From: Bdellovibrionales bacterium
GTDB taxonomy: Bacteria > Bdellovibrionota > Bdellovibrionia > Bdellovibrionales > DASUEL01
DNA: 64,000 nt
Direction of reading: 5' to 3'
Assembly: GCA_050250255.1 (NCBI GenBank)
Contig: JBFWOZ010000012.1
Coordinates: 2,293-66,292 of the forward strand
The translations under genes and the position numbers were made by a program. Under the pieces are notes generated by a model. The model searched no databases. It had not been told where the DNA came from and saw only the letters and a list, made by a program, of their open reading frames with translations. Shown here piece by piece: positions 27,301-37,607 of this stretch (positions are counted from its first letter, which is position 1; each line of letters opens with the position of its first letter).

Positions 27301-29331
27301 CTACAGCATATTGATGGGATCGATATCTACAGAGATTTTCACACCTTGGAACTTAGGTTCTAAAAGTTTTTCGCACAGAGCATTGAGTGAAGCATGTTGC
27401 GAGGATTTGATTAAAATCTGATGGCGAAACTTACCCTTTAATTTTGAAAAGGGAGATTCCGCTGGGCCCAGCACTTCGATATGTGCGAATCGAGAATCTT
27501 TCTGAATCCACCTTTGAGCAAGCTCAACGATTTGTTCGCCCGCACGATGGAGGTGTGATTGTTGAGTCGATTGAAGACGCAGACAAGCGATGCGACCGGT
27601 AGGTGGATAAAAGAGTTCTTTACGTAGTGCGAGTTCCTGTTCGGCAAATCCCACGTAGTCATGGTGGAGGGCGTGCTGAACACTCGAATGTTCGCAGTTA
27701 AAAGTTTGCAATAAAACTTCGCCGGGAGATTGATCGGGCTTTGGATGTCGACCGGCACGTCCACCCATTTGCATTAAGAGCTGAAAGCTGCGTTCGGCCG
27801 CTCGAAAATCAGGAAGATTAAATCCGATATCGGCAACGATGAAACCCACGAGGGTCAGATTTTCGAAGTCGAGCCCCTTTGCAATCATTTGAGTTCCAAT
27901 AAGGATGTCAATTTGGTTGGACTCCATTTTTTGAATGATGTCCTCAAGCTCCTCACGAGACGTGATGTTGTCACGATCGGCGCGTTCAATACGAGCGTCG
28001 GGAAAAAGTTTCGCGAGATCTTGCTCGATAGATTCGGTACCGATTCCTAAGGCTTTCAGTTCCGAATCTTTACATTCTGGACAAATTCGAGGGAGCGTCT
28101 GGCGGTAATCGCAGTAGTGGCAAATAAGATTCGACTTTCCATGAAGGGTGAGGGCGACAGAACAGTTAGGGCAATCTAAACGTTTTCCACAGTCTCCACA
28201 CAAAACTGTAGGCGCCATTCCCCGACGATTGATAAAGAGGGCTGTTTGTTCGCGTTTTTCGAGGCGCTCTTTGATTTTTTGATACAGCTGTGGACTGAGC
28301 CAAGGAGCCGGTTGATCTTCTTTTTTGTCGCCCGATTGGGCGCTTAATTTTAGCTCCCGAAGATCTACGAGTTCTATCAGTGGCATTGGTCGATGTTCCA
28401 CCCGATGTTTCATGGTGTGAAGAGAGTATTTTTTTTCTTTAGCGTTGTTCCAGCTCTCGAGGCTAGGGGTGGCGGAGCCGAGAACGATCGGGCAACCTTT
28501 TGTTTTTGCGAGCATGATGGCGGCATCACGCGCGTGATATTTAAAAGTCTCTTCCTGCTTGAAGCTAGGTTCATGTTCTTCATCAATGATAATGAGACCA
28601 AGTTTTGGAAGCGGGCAGAAGAGAGCGGAGCGGGCTCCGATTAAAATCTGTTTTCCTTCTGTCACCATTTCCCACCATTGATTGGTTTTTTCTCGAGGAG
28701 TCAGATGAGAGTGGTAGACCGCAATATTTTGTCCAAAACGATTCGTAAATCGTTGAATCATTTGTGGAGTGAGAGAGATTTCGGGAACTAACACGATCGC
28801 TTGTTCTCCTCTCGCGAGAGTGTCCTTAAGAAGCTGTAAATACACTTCTGTTTTTCCAGAGCCGGTCACTCCAAACAGCAGATGTACACCAAATCCCGAC
28901 TTACTTTTAATCTCTTGAAGCACATGAGCTTGTTCTTCTGTCAGTGTGGGTTCTTGTCTGACTTGAGCTTGCGGAAGGATCTCGCTTTTTCTCGTTTTGC
29001 GTGCGCCGATAGAACTTAAGGGGGGATAAGCGAGGGAAGTCACTTGTCCCGGAGGATGCATATAGTATTTCGAAAGCCAGAGGAGCCACTCTCGGTAATG
29101 CGCAGGGAGTGGCGGATACTCGGTCAAAACCTCAGAAATATTTTTGATCCCAACACCCTCGGGAGTGACCGGATTCTCAATAAAGTCGATGACGACGCCT
29201 TGAGCTTGCCGTGAACCAAGTGGAACTTTCACGGCGCGACCTAAAAGATCTTCCGTCTGCATGTCGAGAGGCAGGGAGTACGTCAGAACTGATTTTAAGG
29301 GAGCCTCAACGGCTACTTGGACAAACTTCAC
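27301..29331 (-). CDS. priA: Primosomal protein N' (replication restart helicase)
   Basis: GVTGSGKTEVY, DEEHE, SATPS, Zn ribbon with four CxxC, GTQMIAKGLDF. Confidence 0.96.
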   Translation of the reverse strand: MKFVQVAVEAPLKSVLTYSLPLDMQTEDLLGRAVKVPLGSRQAQGVVIDFIENPVTPEGVGIKNISEVLTEYPPLPAHYREWLLWLSKYYMHPPGQVTSLAYPPLSSIGARKTRKSEILPQAQVRQEPTLTEEQAHVLQEIKSKSGFGVHLLFGVTGSGKTEVYLQLLKDTLARGEQAIVLVPEISLTPQMIQRFTNRFGQNIAVYHSHLTPREKTNQWWEMVTEGKQILIGARSALFCPLPKLGLIIIDEEHEPSFKQEETFKYHARDAAIMLAKTKGCPIVLGSATPSLESWNNAKEKKYSLHTMKHRVEHRPMPLIELVDLRELKLSAQSGDKKEDQPAPWLSPQLYQKIKERLEKREQTALFINRRGMAPTVLCGDCGKRLDCPNCSVALTLHGKSNLICHYCDYRQTLPRICPECKDSELKALGIGTESIEQDLAKLFPDARIERADRDNITSREELEDIIQKMESNQIDILIGTQMIAKGLDFENLTLVGFIVADIGFNLPDFRAAERSFQLLMQMGGRAGRHPKPDQSPGEVLLQTFNCEHSSVQHALHHDYVGFAEQELALRKELFYPPTGRIACLRLQSTQQSHLHRAGEQIVELAQRWIQKDSRFAHIEVLGPAESPFSKLKGKFRHQILIKSSQHASLNALCEKLLEPKFQGVKISVDIDPINML

Positions 29332-29355
29332 TGTCCTCCAATGTCAGATACCAGC

Positions 29356-30231
29356 CTAACGAAAGCGCGAGTAGAACTCTTTTACGACAGGAAGAATCTC
29401 GCCGCTGCTCGCAGTCACTGTGGTTTTTTTCGAACGTAAATAACTCGGCTGAAGCTTCGCTTTCATATCGGGAGTGGGTGTGATCGGCGTTACCTTCACG
29501 GTACGGATCGAAACGCTGTTTTCACCCCAGCTTACGGAACGAGCCTTAGGAAAAGAAAGTCCTCGTCCGTAATCGGTGTATTCGTCTGCTAAAATTTCTG
29601 CGGTCGAAGGAAGGCGCAACCTTTGGATATGGAAACGATCTTGTTCAATCCATATTCCCGGAAGAGGAGCGGAATCTGGTGGTGTGGCTTTGCCAATTCC
29701 ATAAGTCACCGTTCCGTCAGATCTTGCAAGCCGAATGAAAGGATCGCGGGCTTGAGCGGCTTCTTTTGCATTTTTGACTTTAGGGTCACGGGCTAGAATT
29801 TTTTGGGTCACGATATTGTCGCGGATGAGCTCTTCCGCAAAACTTTCAAGGCTACGATAATGAAAAGTGTCTTCAAAAAAATCGGCAGGAATACGAGTGG
29901 CTCTTTCTTGCCCATGTTCATCGATAAAAAGCTTTTGTCGTCCTTTATAAATAACGAAAGCGGGCGCTCCGGGTCCACGAGCTTCCATAAACATGGATTC
30001 CCCATTTTCGATGAGCCAGTTTTCAATCACCGAAGTGGTTCCACCGGCCGTTCGGAAAGTGATCTCCATTTGAATGGCGTAGTAACCTCTGCCGTGGTTT
30101 TTGGCCGTCTTCTCTAAAACGAAACGAGTTTTTGGAACGTAAGCGTGAGCGCGTTCATAGAGAGAAAAAAGCGCAAGGACAAAAGAACCAAAAAGAAAAA
30201 AGATGAGTCGAAAAAAAGTATAAGGGTCCAC
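29356..30231 (-). CDS. Exported hypothetical protein (possibly LolA-like beta fold)
   Basis: Signal peptide ending AHA; beta-rich; IWIEQDRF and FPKARSV resemble LolA-like proteins (weak). Confidence 0.55.
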   Translation of the reverse strand: MDPYTFFRLIFFLFGSFVLALFSLYERAHAYVPKTRFVLEKTAKNHGRGYYAIQMEITFRTAGGTTSVIENWLIENGESMFMEARGPGAPAFVIYKGRQKLFIDEHGQERATRIPADFFEDTFHYRSLESFAEELIRDNIVTQKILARDPKVKNAKEAAQARDPFIRLARSDGTVTYGIGKATPPDSAPLPGIWIEQDRFHIQRLRLPSTAEILADEYTDYGRGLSFPKARSVSWGENSVSIRTVKVTPITPTPDMKAKLQPSYLRSKKTTVTASSGEILPVVKEFYSRFR

Positions 30232-30240
30232 GTCGCTCTC

Positions 30241-31125
30241 CTATAGTCGTTGAGCCAGTTGTTTAATGTAGGCCTTCATATCGTCCGCCAAATCGGGATG
30301 CACGAGTGAAAGTTCAATATTGGCCGTGAGATATCCAAATTTATCGCCCGTATCAAAGCGTTGATCCTTAAAAGGTTGAGCTAAGATGCCTTCTTTTTTC
30401 GCAAGCATTCTCATTCCATCCGTCAGTTGAATCTCGCCACCTTTTCCAGGTTTTGTTTCTGCAAGGGCATCAAAAATTCCTCGGGTAAAAACGTAGCGAC
30501 CAGGAAGGGCCCACTGACTTGGGGCTTGTTCCACACTTGGTTTTTCAATCACATCAAGGACTCGTGCGGGAAAGCCTGTCGACTCATTCAAATGATCATC
30601 AAATTTCACCATACCATATTTAACGACGTCACTCTTGGGAACTTTCATGACGGCCACAGCGGATTGACCGGTGCTTTCGTAAGTGGTTTTGAGATCGTGA
30701 GTGACGCCCGGAGTGCCGAGCATGATCTCATCTCCTAACAAGACGGCAAAGGGCTCATCCCCAACAATGGGACGACCCACCAAAACGGCGTGGCCCAATC
30801 CCAGAGCTTCTTTTTGACGAATGCTGATGAAGTTCGCCATATCACGGATTTTTACGAGAGTTTCGTAAAGATCCATGCGTCCAGATTTTTTGAGAACCTC
30901 TTCAAGTTCGACGGAACGATCAAAAAAATCTTCAATCGCGTTTTTCCCGCGGCCCGCAATGATGACAATGTCTTCTATCCCAGCTCGAACCGCTTCCTCT
31001 ACGTTGTAAAGAAGGGCGGGGCGATCTACGATAGGTAACATTTCTTTGGGAATATTTTTGGTGGCAGGTAAAAATCGGGTCCCTAAGCCGGCAGCTGGAA
31101 TGATGGCTTTTCTGATTGACTTCAT
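30241..31125 (-). CDS. galU: UTP--glucose-1-phosphate uridylyltransferase
   Basis: MKSIRKAIIPAAGLGTRFLPATK..PKEMLP, LGLGHAV, GEIQLTD; start placed at ATG 31125. Confidence 0.95.
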   Translation of the reverse strand: MKSIRKAIIPAAGLGTRFLPATKNIPKEMLPIVDRPALLYNVEEAVRAGIEDIVIIAGRGKNAIEDFFDRSVELEEVLKKSGRMDLYETLVKIRDMANFISIRQKEALGLGHAVLVGRPIVGDEPFAVLLGDEIMLGTPGVTHDLKTTYESTGQSAVAVMKVPKSDVVKYGMVKFDDHLNESTGFPARVLDVIEKPSVEQAPSQWALPGRYVFTRGIFDALAETKPGKGGEIQLTDGMRMLAKKEGILAQPFKDQRFDTGDKFGYLTANIELSLVHPDLADDMKAYIKQLAQRL

Positions 31126-31196
31126 GCCCCGTAAATAACCATGACCGCGCCCATCTGACAATTGATTTGAACGACCTAACATGGCAAAACGGAGTC

Positions 31197-31213
31197 TTGG
31201 CCTAGACTTTGCT
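31197..31213 (+). promoter_or_regulatory. Putative sigma54 promoter of the opp operon
   Basis: TTGGCCTAGACTTTGCT has exact GG-N10-GC spacing and lies 26 nt before the oppA ATG (GGGAG RBS). Confidence 0.6.
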
Positions 31214-31239
31214 CAAACGGCCATCACAGGGAGATACAC

Positions 31240-32880
31240 ATGAAAATAACAAACTTATATCGGTCTTTAACAAAAATCAGTGGCAGCTTGACCCTGACCG
31301 CTCTTACTTTTCTGGTAGCATTGTGCCTGGCTTCGCCAGCACTTCACGCCGCGAAAAACTCAACTTTAACTCTCGCGTTAATGGGTGAGCCACCTCAATT
31401 GGATCATTCCCGTGCGACAGATGTGGAAAGCTTTTTCGTTCTTGGTCATGTTTTGGATGGTCTCGTACGCTACGACAAAGCCGGTAAGATCATTCCTGCG
31501 GCCGCAGATAAATGGGAACTCAACGAAAAGGGCGCAAAATTTTTCCTCAAAAAAGGTTTGAAGTGGAGCGATGGCTCACCTTTAACGGCCCATGATTTCG
31601 TATTTGCTTGGAGAGTGGCGGTAGATCCAAAAACCGCGAGCGAATACTCCGGGATTTTCTATCACATCAAAAACGCAGAAGCTGTGAACAAGGGCTCTAA
31701 GCCAGTGACGGAGCTGGGTGTAAAAGCGGTTGACGACACCACACTCGAAGTCGTTTTCGAAAAACCCTGTGGTTACTTCGTGTCTTTGACGGCTTTCGCA
31801 ACATTCCTACCAATCAAAGAATCTTTCTATAATGCGCAAAAAGGAAAGTACGGAGCGGATGCCGATAAAATTCTTTATAATGGACCTTACAAAATCACGA
31901 ACTGGGTTCACGGCGCTTCCATGAAGATGGAAAAGAACCCCCACTACTGGAATGCTAAAAACATTCACGTAGATGTAATCGATATTCCTTATATGACTCC
32001 GGACGACGGGGCTCGCTTCAACCTGTTCAAAACGAAAAAAATCGACGTCCTTTACCGTCTTGGAAAAGATGACGTACAAAACGCTCAGAAAGAAAAATTC
32101 AAACTTCAAAAGTTTTCTGACGGAACACTTTTCTACATGCTCTTCAACTTCCGTGAAGGCCGTGTAACAGCTAATAAAAACTTAAGAAAAGCGATTGCGG
32201 CGGTTTTGAACCCTCGGGAATATGTTAGCAAGGTGGTGACAATCCCAGGAACTCTTCCGGGGACAGGACTCGTGCCGACCTACATGATGGGTGTGAGCCA
32301 ATCCTTCCGCAAAGAATTTCCCGTACCTCTTCGTAAGCAAAACATTGCCGAAGCGAAGAAGTATTTAGAGCTCGCGAAACAAGAGCTCAAGATGAAGACT
32401 CTTCCAACGATTTCCTGGACGACTTCTGATACGCCAGTCGCTGTTCGCGAAGCGGAATACTTCCAAAATCTTTTAAAATCGACTCTTGGAATTGATTTGA
32501 AGATCGATAAACAGATCTTTAAACAACGTCTTGCTAAACAGCAATCTGGCGATTTCGATATCGTTTCTGCTGGTTGGGGTCCTGATTACGCAGATCCGAT
32601 GACTTTTATCGACCTCTTCGCAAGCTGGAACAACAACAACAACGGTCGATGGGTGAACAAAGAGTATGATGCCCTTGTTGAGAAAGCGACGATGAACTCA
32701 AACCAAAAACAGCGTATGGCCGATATGGCCAAGGCTGAGAAAATCATGCTGGACGATCTTGCGATCCTTCCGCTTTACGAGCGTACGGTGATGTACACGG
32801 CGGATGCAAAAGTACAGGGCATTGTTCGTCGTGCTGTTGGATATGATCCTGATTATATCAACGTAAAGATTAAGCAGTAA
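31240..32880 (+). CDS. oppA: Oligopeptide ABC transporter substrate-binding protein
   Basis: KWSDGSPLTAHDFVFAW, GVKAVDD.TLEV, NGPY, GWGPDYADP. Confidence 0.92.
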   Translation: MKITNLYRSLTKISGSLTLTALTFLVALCLASPALHAAKNSTLTLALMGEPPQLDHSRATDVESFFVLGHVLDGLVRYDKAGKIIPAAADKWELNEKGAKFFLKKGLKWSDGSPLTAHDFVFAWRVAVDPKTASEYSGIFYHIKNAEAVNKGSKPVTELGVKAVDDTTLEVVFEKPCGYFVSLTAFATFLPIKESFYNAQKGKYGADADKILYNGPYKITNWVHGASMKMEKNPHYWNAKNIHVDVIDIPYMTPDDGARFNLFKTKKIDVLYRLGKDDVQNAQKEKFKLQKFSDGTLFYMLFNFREGRVTANKNLRKAIAAVLNPREYVSKVVTIPGTLPGTGLVPTYMMGVSQSFRKEFPVPLRKQNIAEAKKYLELAKQELKMKTLPTISWTTSDTPVAVREAEYFQNLLKSTLGIDLKIDKQIFKQRLAKQQSGDFDIVSAGWGPDYADPMTFIDLFASWNNNNNGRWVNKEYDALVEKATMNSNQKQRMADMAKAEKIMLDDLAILPLYERTVMYTADAKVQGIVRRAVGYDPDYINVKIKQ

Positions 32881-32899
32881 TCAAGTACAAGAAGCTTGT

Positions 32900-32948
32900 G
32901 TCGGGGACGAACGTCCTCGATGGCGAGTTGGCGAGGCGCAAGCGCTCG
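32900..32948 (+). other. Tandem GC-rich hairpins between oppA and oppB (probable mRNA-stabilising element)
   Basis: TCGGGGACG-AA-CGTCCTCGA followed by CGAG.GCGC-AA-GCGC.TCG; no U-tract. Confidence 0.45.
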
Positions 32949-32960
32949 GCGAGGTTGTGA

Positions 32961-33902
32961 ATGGCGAAATATATCCTTCATAGAATTTTGGGTGGAATCG
33001 TGACCGTTTTTTTTATGGCCACGTTCACTTTTTTTGCTATGCATGCAGTTCCTGGAGATCCTCTCCTAGGGGCAAAAGCCGTGAACGCCCAAGTTCGTCA
33101 GAACTTAGAGGCGAAGTATGGTCTTGATAAACCGCTTAGCACTCAGTATGTGGTTTTTTTGACAAATATGTTGAAGGGGGATTTTGGAATCTCTTTCACT
33201 CAACAAAATCGCGCGGTGAACGACATTATTAAAGAACACTTCCCGGTGAGTGCACTTCTCGGAGTGCTCGCGGTGACATTTGCAACTTTGGGTGGAATTT
33301 TTTTTGGTGCGCTTACGGCCATCAATCGCAACGGTTTTTCCGATCGTAGCATCATGTTTTTAGTGATCTTATGTGTGTCCGTTCCAAGCTTTGTAGTTGC
33401 GGCTATGGCTCAGTATGTACTTTCTGAAATTCATAAAAACTTTGGTATTGAAATTCTACCCGTTGCGGGTTGGGGAACAATCCCCCATATGGTTTTACCT
33501 TCGGTCGTACTCGGCCTCGCGATCATGGCATTTCTCACGCGCCTTATGCGCTCTTCAATGTTAGAGGTCGTGAATCAAGACTACATTCGTACGGCAAAAG
33601 CGAAGGGACTTCCTACTTCAAGAATTTTTATTAAACATCAATTAAGAAATGCCGTTCTACCTGTTGTGACTTACTTGGGGCCGAGCATTGCTGCGGTAAC
33701 AACCGGTGGGTTTGTTGCTGAAGTTGTGTTTTCTATCCCCGGTCTTGGTCGTTATTTTGTGCAGGCCGTTCAACAGATGGATTACACAGTGATCATGGGG
33801 CTCACCGTATTTTACGGCGCCTATCTCGTTTTTATGGTGATTCTCGTAGATGTGCTCTATGGCTTTATTGATCCTAGAATCAAAGTAACGAAAACGGCGT
33901 AG
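32961..33902 (+). CDS. oppB: Oligopeptide ABC permease
   Basis: PGDP, YGLDKPL, GDFGIS, EAA-type loop DYIRTAKAKGL, IPGLG, DPRI. Confidence 0.93.
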   Translation: MAKYILHRILGGIVTVFFMATFTFFAMHAVPGDPLLGAKAVNAQVRQNLEAKYGLDKPLSTQYVVFLTNMLKGDFGISFTQQNRAVNDIIKEHFPVSALLGVLAVTFATLGGIFFGALTAINRNGFSDRSIMFLVILCVSVPSFVVAAMAQYVLSEIHKNFGIEILPVAGWGTIPHMVLPSVVLGLAIMAFLTRLMRSSMLEVVNQDYIRTAKAKGLPTSRIFIKHQLRNAVLPVVTYLGPSIAAVTTGGFVAEVVFSIPGLGRYFVQAVQQMDYTVIMGLTVFYGAYLVFMVILVDVLYGFIDPRIKVTKTA

Positions 33903-33915
33903 TGGTGGTGGGAAA

Positions 33916-35406
33916 ATGAGCTTTACAAATCCTGATTCCACACTCTCAGCTTCTGGAGCGAACATGGGTCAGCATATGCCCGGTCAACAGGATACGACAG
34001 CCAAAACCGCTCAGCAATTTGATTTAAAAAATTCTGACTTTTTACCTGCAAAAAAACAAAAAACAGATAACAGCATCTCTCGCCCGTCTTTGTCTTACTG
34101 GCAAGATGCGATGAGAAGATTCAAGAAAAATAAGCAGGCACTTGTAGCAGCTATTCTTGCCGTACTTCTTATGCTTTTTGTTTTCGTAGGACCATCGATC
34201 TATCGGATTGATCCCGATGAACAAGATCCTAATCAGGCAAACCTTGCGCCCTCTATGGGACAAGATGCGATTGTGATCGCAGAAGAAACAGAAATGTGGG
34301 CAGGCATCATCAGCATGGACGCGCCTGCACTACCTGAAGAAAATGTAGAAAATTTGGCGGCACCTCGGGGTTTTGAAACCACAGGTCCTGTTTCAACTCG
34401 ATTTGTTCGACTCACTTGGAGACCCGTAGCAGGTGCTGCGGGATATCAGTTGTACCGAAGTGAAGTACCCACAGAGCCGGGTTCCTTAGGCGTACCGCTC
34501 GGTGATACACAAGCGGGAAATCAAATCTCCTATGAAGATACGGCGAGCCTTGAATCAAAAACTTACTATTATTCTGTCGTAGCGAAAAATTTGGAAGGTA
34601 CCGAATCTTCTGAGTACACAACCATTCCAGTAAAAGTACCGCCGGGACTCTACTTAGAAGCGGCTCAGGGGTTAAATCCCAATGCCCAGGTCGGTGGAAC
34701 TATCCGCTTAAAGGCGGCGCCACTGGGAACGGATTCTCTCGGGAGAGATCTGCTTGCGCGCTTGATGTTTGGCGGACGCATTTCTCTTTTCATCGGCCTT
34801 TTTTGTGCGTTTGCACAAGTCACGATAGGTGTGATCATTGGTGGCATTTCTGGATATTTTGGAGGTCGAACCGACCAAGTGCTCATGCGCATTTCTGATT
34901 TTGTTCTAGGATTACCGTTTCTTCTTTTCGTTATTCTTTTGAAAGTTGTGTTCTCAACAGGCGCGGGTGACTCGGGTGTCGTGCCCATGATGATTGCCCT
35001 CATTATTCTTGCATGGCCAGGTCCCGCTCGCCTTGTGCGCGGACAGGTTTTACAACTTCGTGAAAGTGAATTTGTGCAAGCCGCTCGTATGATGGGAGCA
35101 ACTCCTCAATATTTACTGACAAGACATCTCTTCCCGAATCTTTTAGGAATCATTCTCGTGTCGCTCACTTTTGGTGTTCCAGTTGCGATTTTTAGCGAAG
35201 CCTTTCTCTCGTTTGTTGGTCTCGGAATTTCTGCACCGGCCGCTTCGTGGGGAAGCCTGTGTAATGATGCCATTCAATCTATTTTAACTCGACCGCATGA
35301 GTTTTTCTTTCCGGCTCTTCTCATCAGCATCACGGTCTTAGCTTACAATCTTTTGGGGGACGGGCTGCGAGACGCCCTTGATCCAAAGTTGAGGTCTAAC
35401 GAATGA
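33916..35406 (+). CDS. oppC: Oligopeptide ABC permease with FN3-like insertion
   Basis: SYWQDAMRRFKKNK, LGTDSLGRD, RISL, EFVQAARMMGA, GDGLRDALDP; extra-long periplasmic loop. Confidence 0.9.
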   Translation: MSFTNPDSTLSASGANMGQHMPGQQDTTAKTAQQFDLKNSDFLPAKKQKTDNSISRPSLSYWQDAMRRFKKNKQALVAAILAVLLMLFVFVGPSIYRIDPDEQDPNQANLAPSMGQDAIVIAEETEMWAGIISMDAPALPEENVENLAAPRGFETTGPVSTRFVRLTWRPVAGAAGYQLYRSEVPTEPGSLGVPLGDTQAGNQISYEDTASLESKTYYYSVVAKNLEGTESSEYTTIPVKVPPGLYLEAAQGLNPNAQVGGTIRLKAAPLGTDSLGRDLLARLMFGGRISLFIGLFCAFAQVTIGVIIGGISGYFGGRTDQVLMRISDFVLGLPFLLFVILLKVVFSTGAGDSGVVPMMIALIILAWPGPARLVRGQVLQLRESEFVQAARMMGATPQYLLTRHLFPNLLGIILVSLTFGVPVAIFSEAFLSFVGLGISAPAASWGSLCNDAIQSILTRPHEFFFPALLISITVLAYNLLGDGLRDALDPKLRSNE

Positions 35407-36500
35407 AAAACGATGCACAAATAATTTTGGATGTAAAAGATTTGCGTGTGGAATTTGACACTTACGGTGGCGTTGTAAAGGCTGTTCGTGGTGTGAACTT
35501 TCAAGTTCGTAGCGGCGAAACTCTCGCCATCGTCGGTGAGTCCGGCTGTGGAAAATCGGTGACGGTTCAGTCTATTTTAGGCTTGATTCCAACACCTCCA
35601 GGGCGCATTGCTTCGGGTTCCGCAAAGCTTTTAGGTAAAGAGCTCATGGGGGTTCCCGTTCGCGAGTTGAACAAAGTTCGTGGTAACGATGTTGGCTTTA
35701 TTTTTCAAGATCCGATGACCTCTTTAAATCCAACGATGACAATTGGTGAGCAAATTTCTGAAGCTCTCTACTTCCATAAAAATATCAGTAAAGCGGCGGC
35801 CCGAGAAAAATCCATCGAGCTTCTTAAAAAAGTTCAAATCCCTGAAGCGCAAACACGTGTTGATCAATATCCTTTTGAGTTTTCCGGCGGCATGAGACAG
35901 CGGGTGATGATTGCAATGGCCATTGCCTGTGAACCAAAACTTCTGATTGCCGATGAACCAACGACAGCACTTGATGTGACGATTCAGTCTCAAATTTTGC
36001 AGCTCCTTAAAGAACTCCAAAAACAAAACAACATGGCTCTTGTGCTGATCACCCATGACTTAGGTGTTGTGGCTCGTATGGCAGATCGAGTGAATGTGAT
36101 GTACGCAGGTCAGGTGATCGAGTCTGGAACTGCGGAAGATGTATTTTATCGTTCTTCACATCCGTACACGGTTGGGCTACGTGCGGCTTTACCCTCTCGA
36201 GAAAAAGATAAAACAAAACTTGTTCCTATTGAGGGAAGCCCTCCAGATCTTTTTCATCCTCCAAAAGGCTGCGCTTACTACGCGAGATGTCCTTACGCGA
36301 TGAGTCTCTGTGAAGATAAAATGCCTCCGGAGTTTTTATCCGGCGCGGATCATATGGCGCGCTGCTGGCTTCACCACGGTATGGCGAAGGGCCGAGCCGT
36401 GACAACCCCAGTGTATACAACTCATGGTGAAGGTTCAGGCACAGTAATGAAAAGCACTCGGCCGACAACCACGTCACGTCCACCCGAATTGACACTGTAG
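35403..36500 (+). CDS. oppD: Oligopeptide ABC ATPase
   Basis: GESGCGKS, FSGGMRQR, DEPTTALD, C-terminal Cys cluster. Confidence 0.93.
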   Translation: MKNDAQIILDVKDLRVEFDTYGGVVKAVRGVNFQVRSGETLAIVGESGCGKSVTVQSILGLIPTPPGRIASGSAKLLGKELMGVPVRELNKVRGNDVGFIFQDPMTSLNPTMTIGEQISEALYFHKNISKAAAREKSIELLKKVQIPEAQTRVDQYPFEFSGGMRQRVMIAMAIACEPKLLIADEPTTALDVTIQSQILQLLKELQKQNNMALVLITHDLGVVARMADRVNVMYAGQVIESGTAEDVFYRSSHPYTVGLRAALPSREKDKTKLVPIEGSPPDLFHPPKGCAYYARCPYAMSLCEDKMPPEFLSGADHMARCWLHHGMAKGRAVTTPVYTTHGEGSGTVMKSTRPTTTSRPPELTL

Positions 36501-36509
36501 GAATTGTAA

Positions 36510-37487
36510 ATGGAAACACAAACAACAAAACCTATTTTGCAAATCAAAGGTCTGAAAAAATACTTTCAGGTCGACAAGAATAAAACTCTGCATGCAGTTG
36601 ACGGAATAAACTTAGAGATTTTTGAGAATGAAATTGTCGGACTTGTTGGTGAGTCCGGTTGTGGAAAATCGACCTTAGGTCGTACGCTTGCAGGTCTTTA
36701 TGAAAAGACCGGCGGCGAAGTTGTTTTTCGAGGGGAAACACTCCCTCAAAAATATAAACCAGCCGACTTTGTTCGCCTCTCAAAAGAAATTCAAATGATC
36801 TTTCAAGACCCGTACTCCTCTTTGAACCCTCGTATGACGGTCAAAGAAATCGTCGCGGAAGGTCCACTTCTTGCGGGCATTTGGAAAAAATCAGAAGTCA
36901 ATCAAAAGGCCGGCGAATGGCTTTCGCGAGTAGGACTTGCTCCAGACCACATGTCTCGTTATCCGCACGAATTTTCGGGCGGACAAAGACAGAGAATTGG
37001 AATCGCGCGCGCTTTGGCTCTTGAACCGCGATTTGTAATTTGTGACGAACCGATTTCTGCTCTCGATGTTTCGATCCAAGCGCAAATTGTGAATCTTTTG
37101 GGCGAACTCAAAACAAAATTTGGTCTTACGCTTCTCTTTATTGCGCATGATCTTTCGATGGTTCGATTTATTTCGGATCGCATGGCCGTGATGTATCTAG
37201 GAAGCATGGTAGAGCTCGGGCCTGCTGACGAAGTTTATTTTGAACCGCTTCATCCTTATACAAAGCTTCTCGTGAAATCGAATCCCGAACCAGATCCTAA
37301 AATTGAGCGCCACCGTTCTGCGGAATTTTTAAAAGGTGAAATTCCAACACCTGTGAATCTTCGAGATGGTTGCCGTTTTGCTGGTCGCTGTCCTATTGCA
37401 GAAGGTCGCTGCCATAACGAAACGCCACAGCTTAAAGAGATTAAAAAGAATCATTACGTGGCTTGTCATTTAGTCACCAACGCCTAA
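36510..37487 (+). CDS. oppF: Oligopeptide ABC ATPase
   Basis: GESGCGKST, FSGGQRQRI, DEPISALDVS, GCRF..RCP...VACH. Confidence 0.93.
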   Translation: METQTTKPILQIKGLKKYFQVDKNKTLHAVDGINLEIFENEIVGLVGESGCGKSTLGRTLAGLYEKTGGEVVFRGETLPQKYKPADFVRLSKEIQMIFQDPYSSLNPRMTVKEIVAEGPLLAGIWKKSEVNQKAGEWLSRVGLAPDHMSRYPHEFSGGQRQRIGIARALALEPRFVICDEPISALDVSIQAQIVNLLGELKTKFGLTLLFIAHDLSMVRFISDRMAVMYLGSMVELGPADEVYFEPLHPYTKLLVKSNPEPDPKIERHRSAEFLKGEIPTPVNLRDGCRFAGRCPIAEGRCHNETPQLKEIKKNHYVACHLVTNA

Positions 37488-37607
37488 AGTATCCCGCTGA
37501 AAGCCTATCTACATAGGGGTTTCAAACAAACGCCTCGCGTCTTTGAAACATAAGACTACATTTCCCAGGGACGCTGCAGTATGTTCCCTCCCAATTGGAG
37601 GTTCTTA

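Noticed and set aside
31126-31182. 19-aa N-terminal extension of GalU in the ORF track
   Set aside because: GalU homology begins at MKSIRKA; the extension covers the divergent promoter region.
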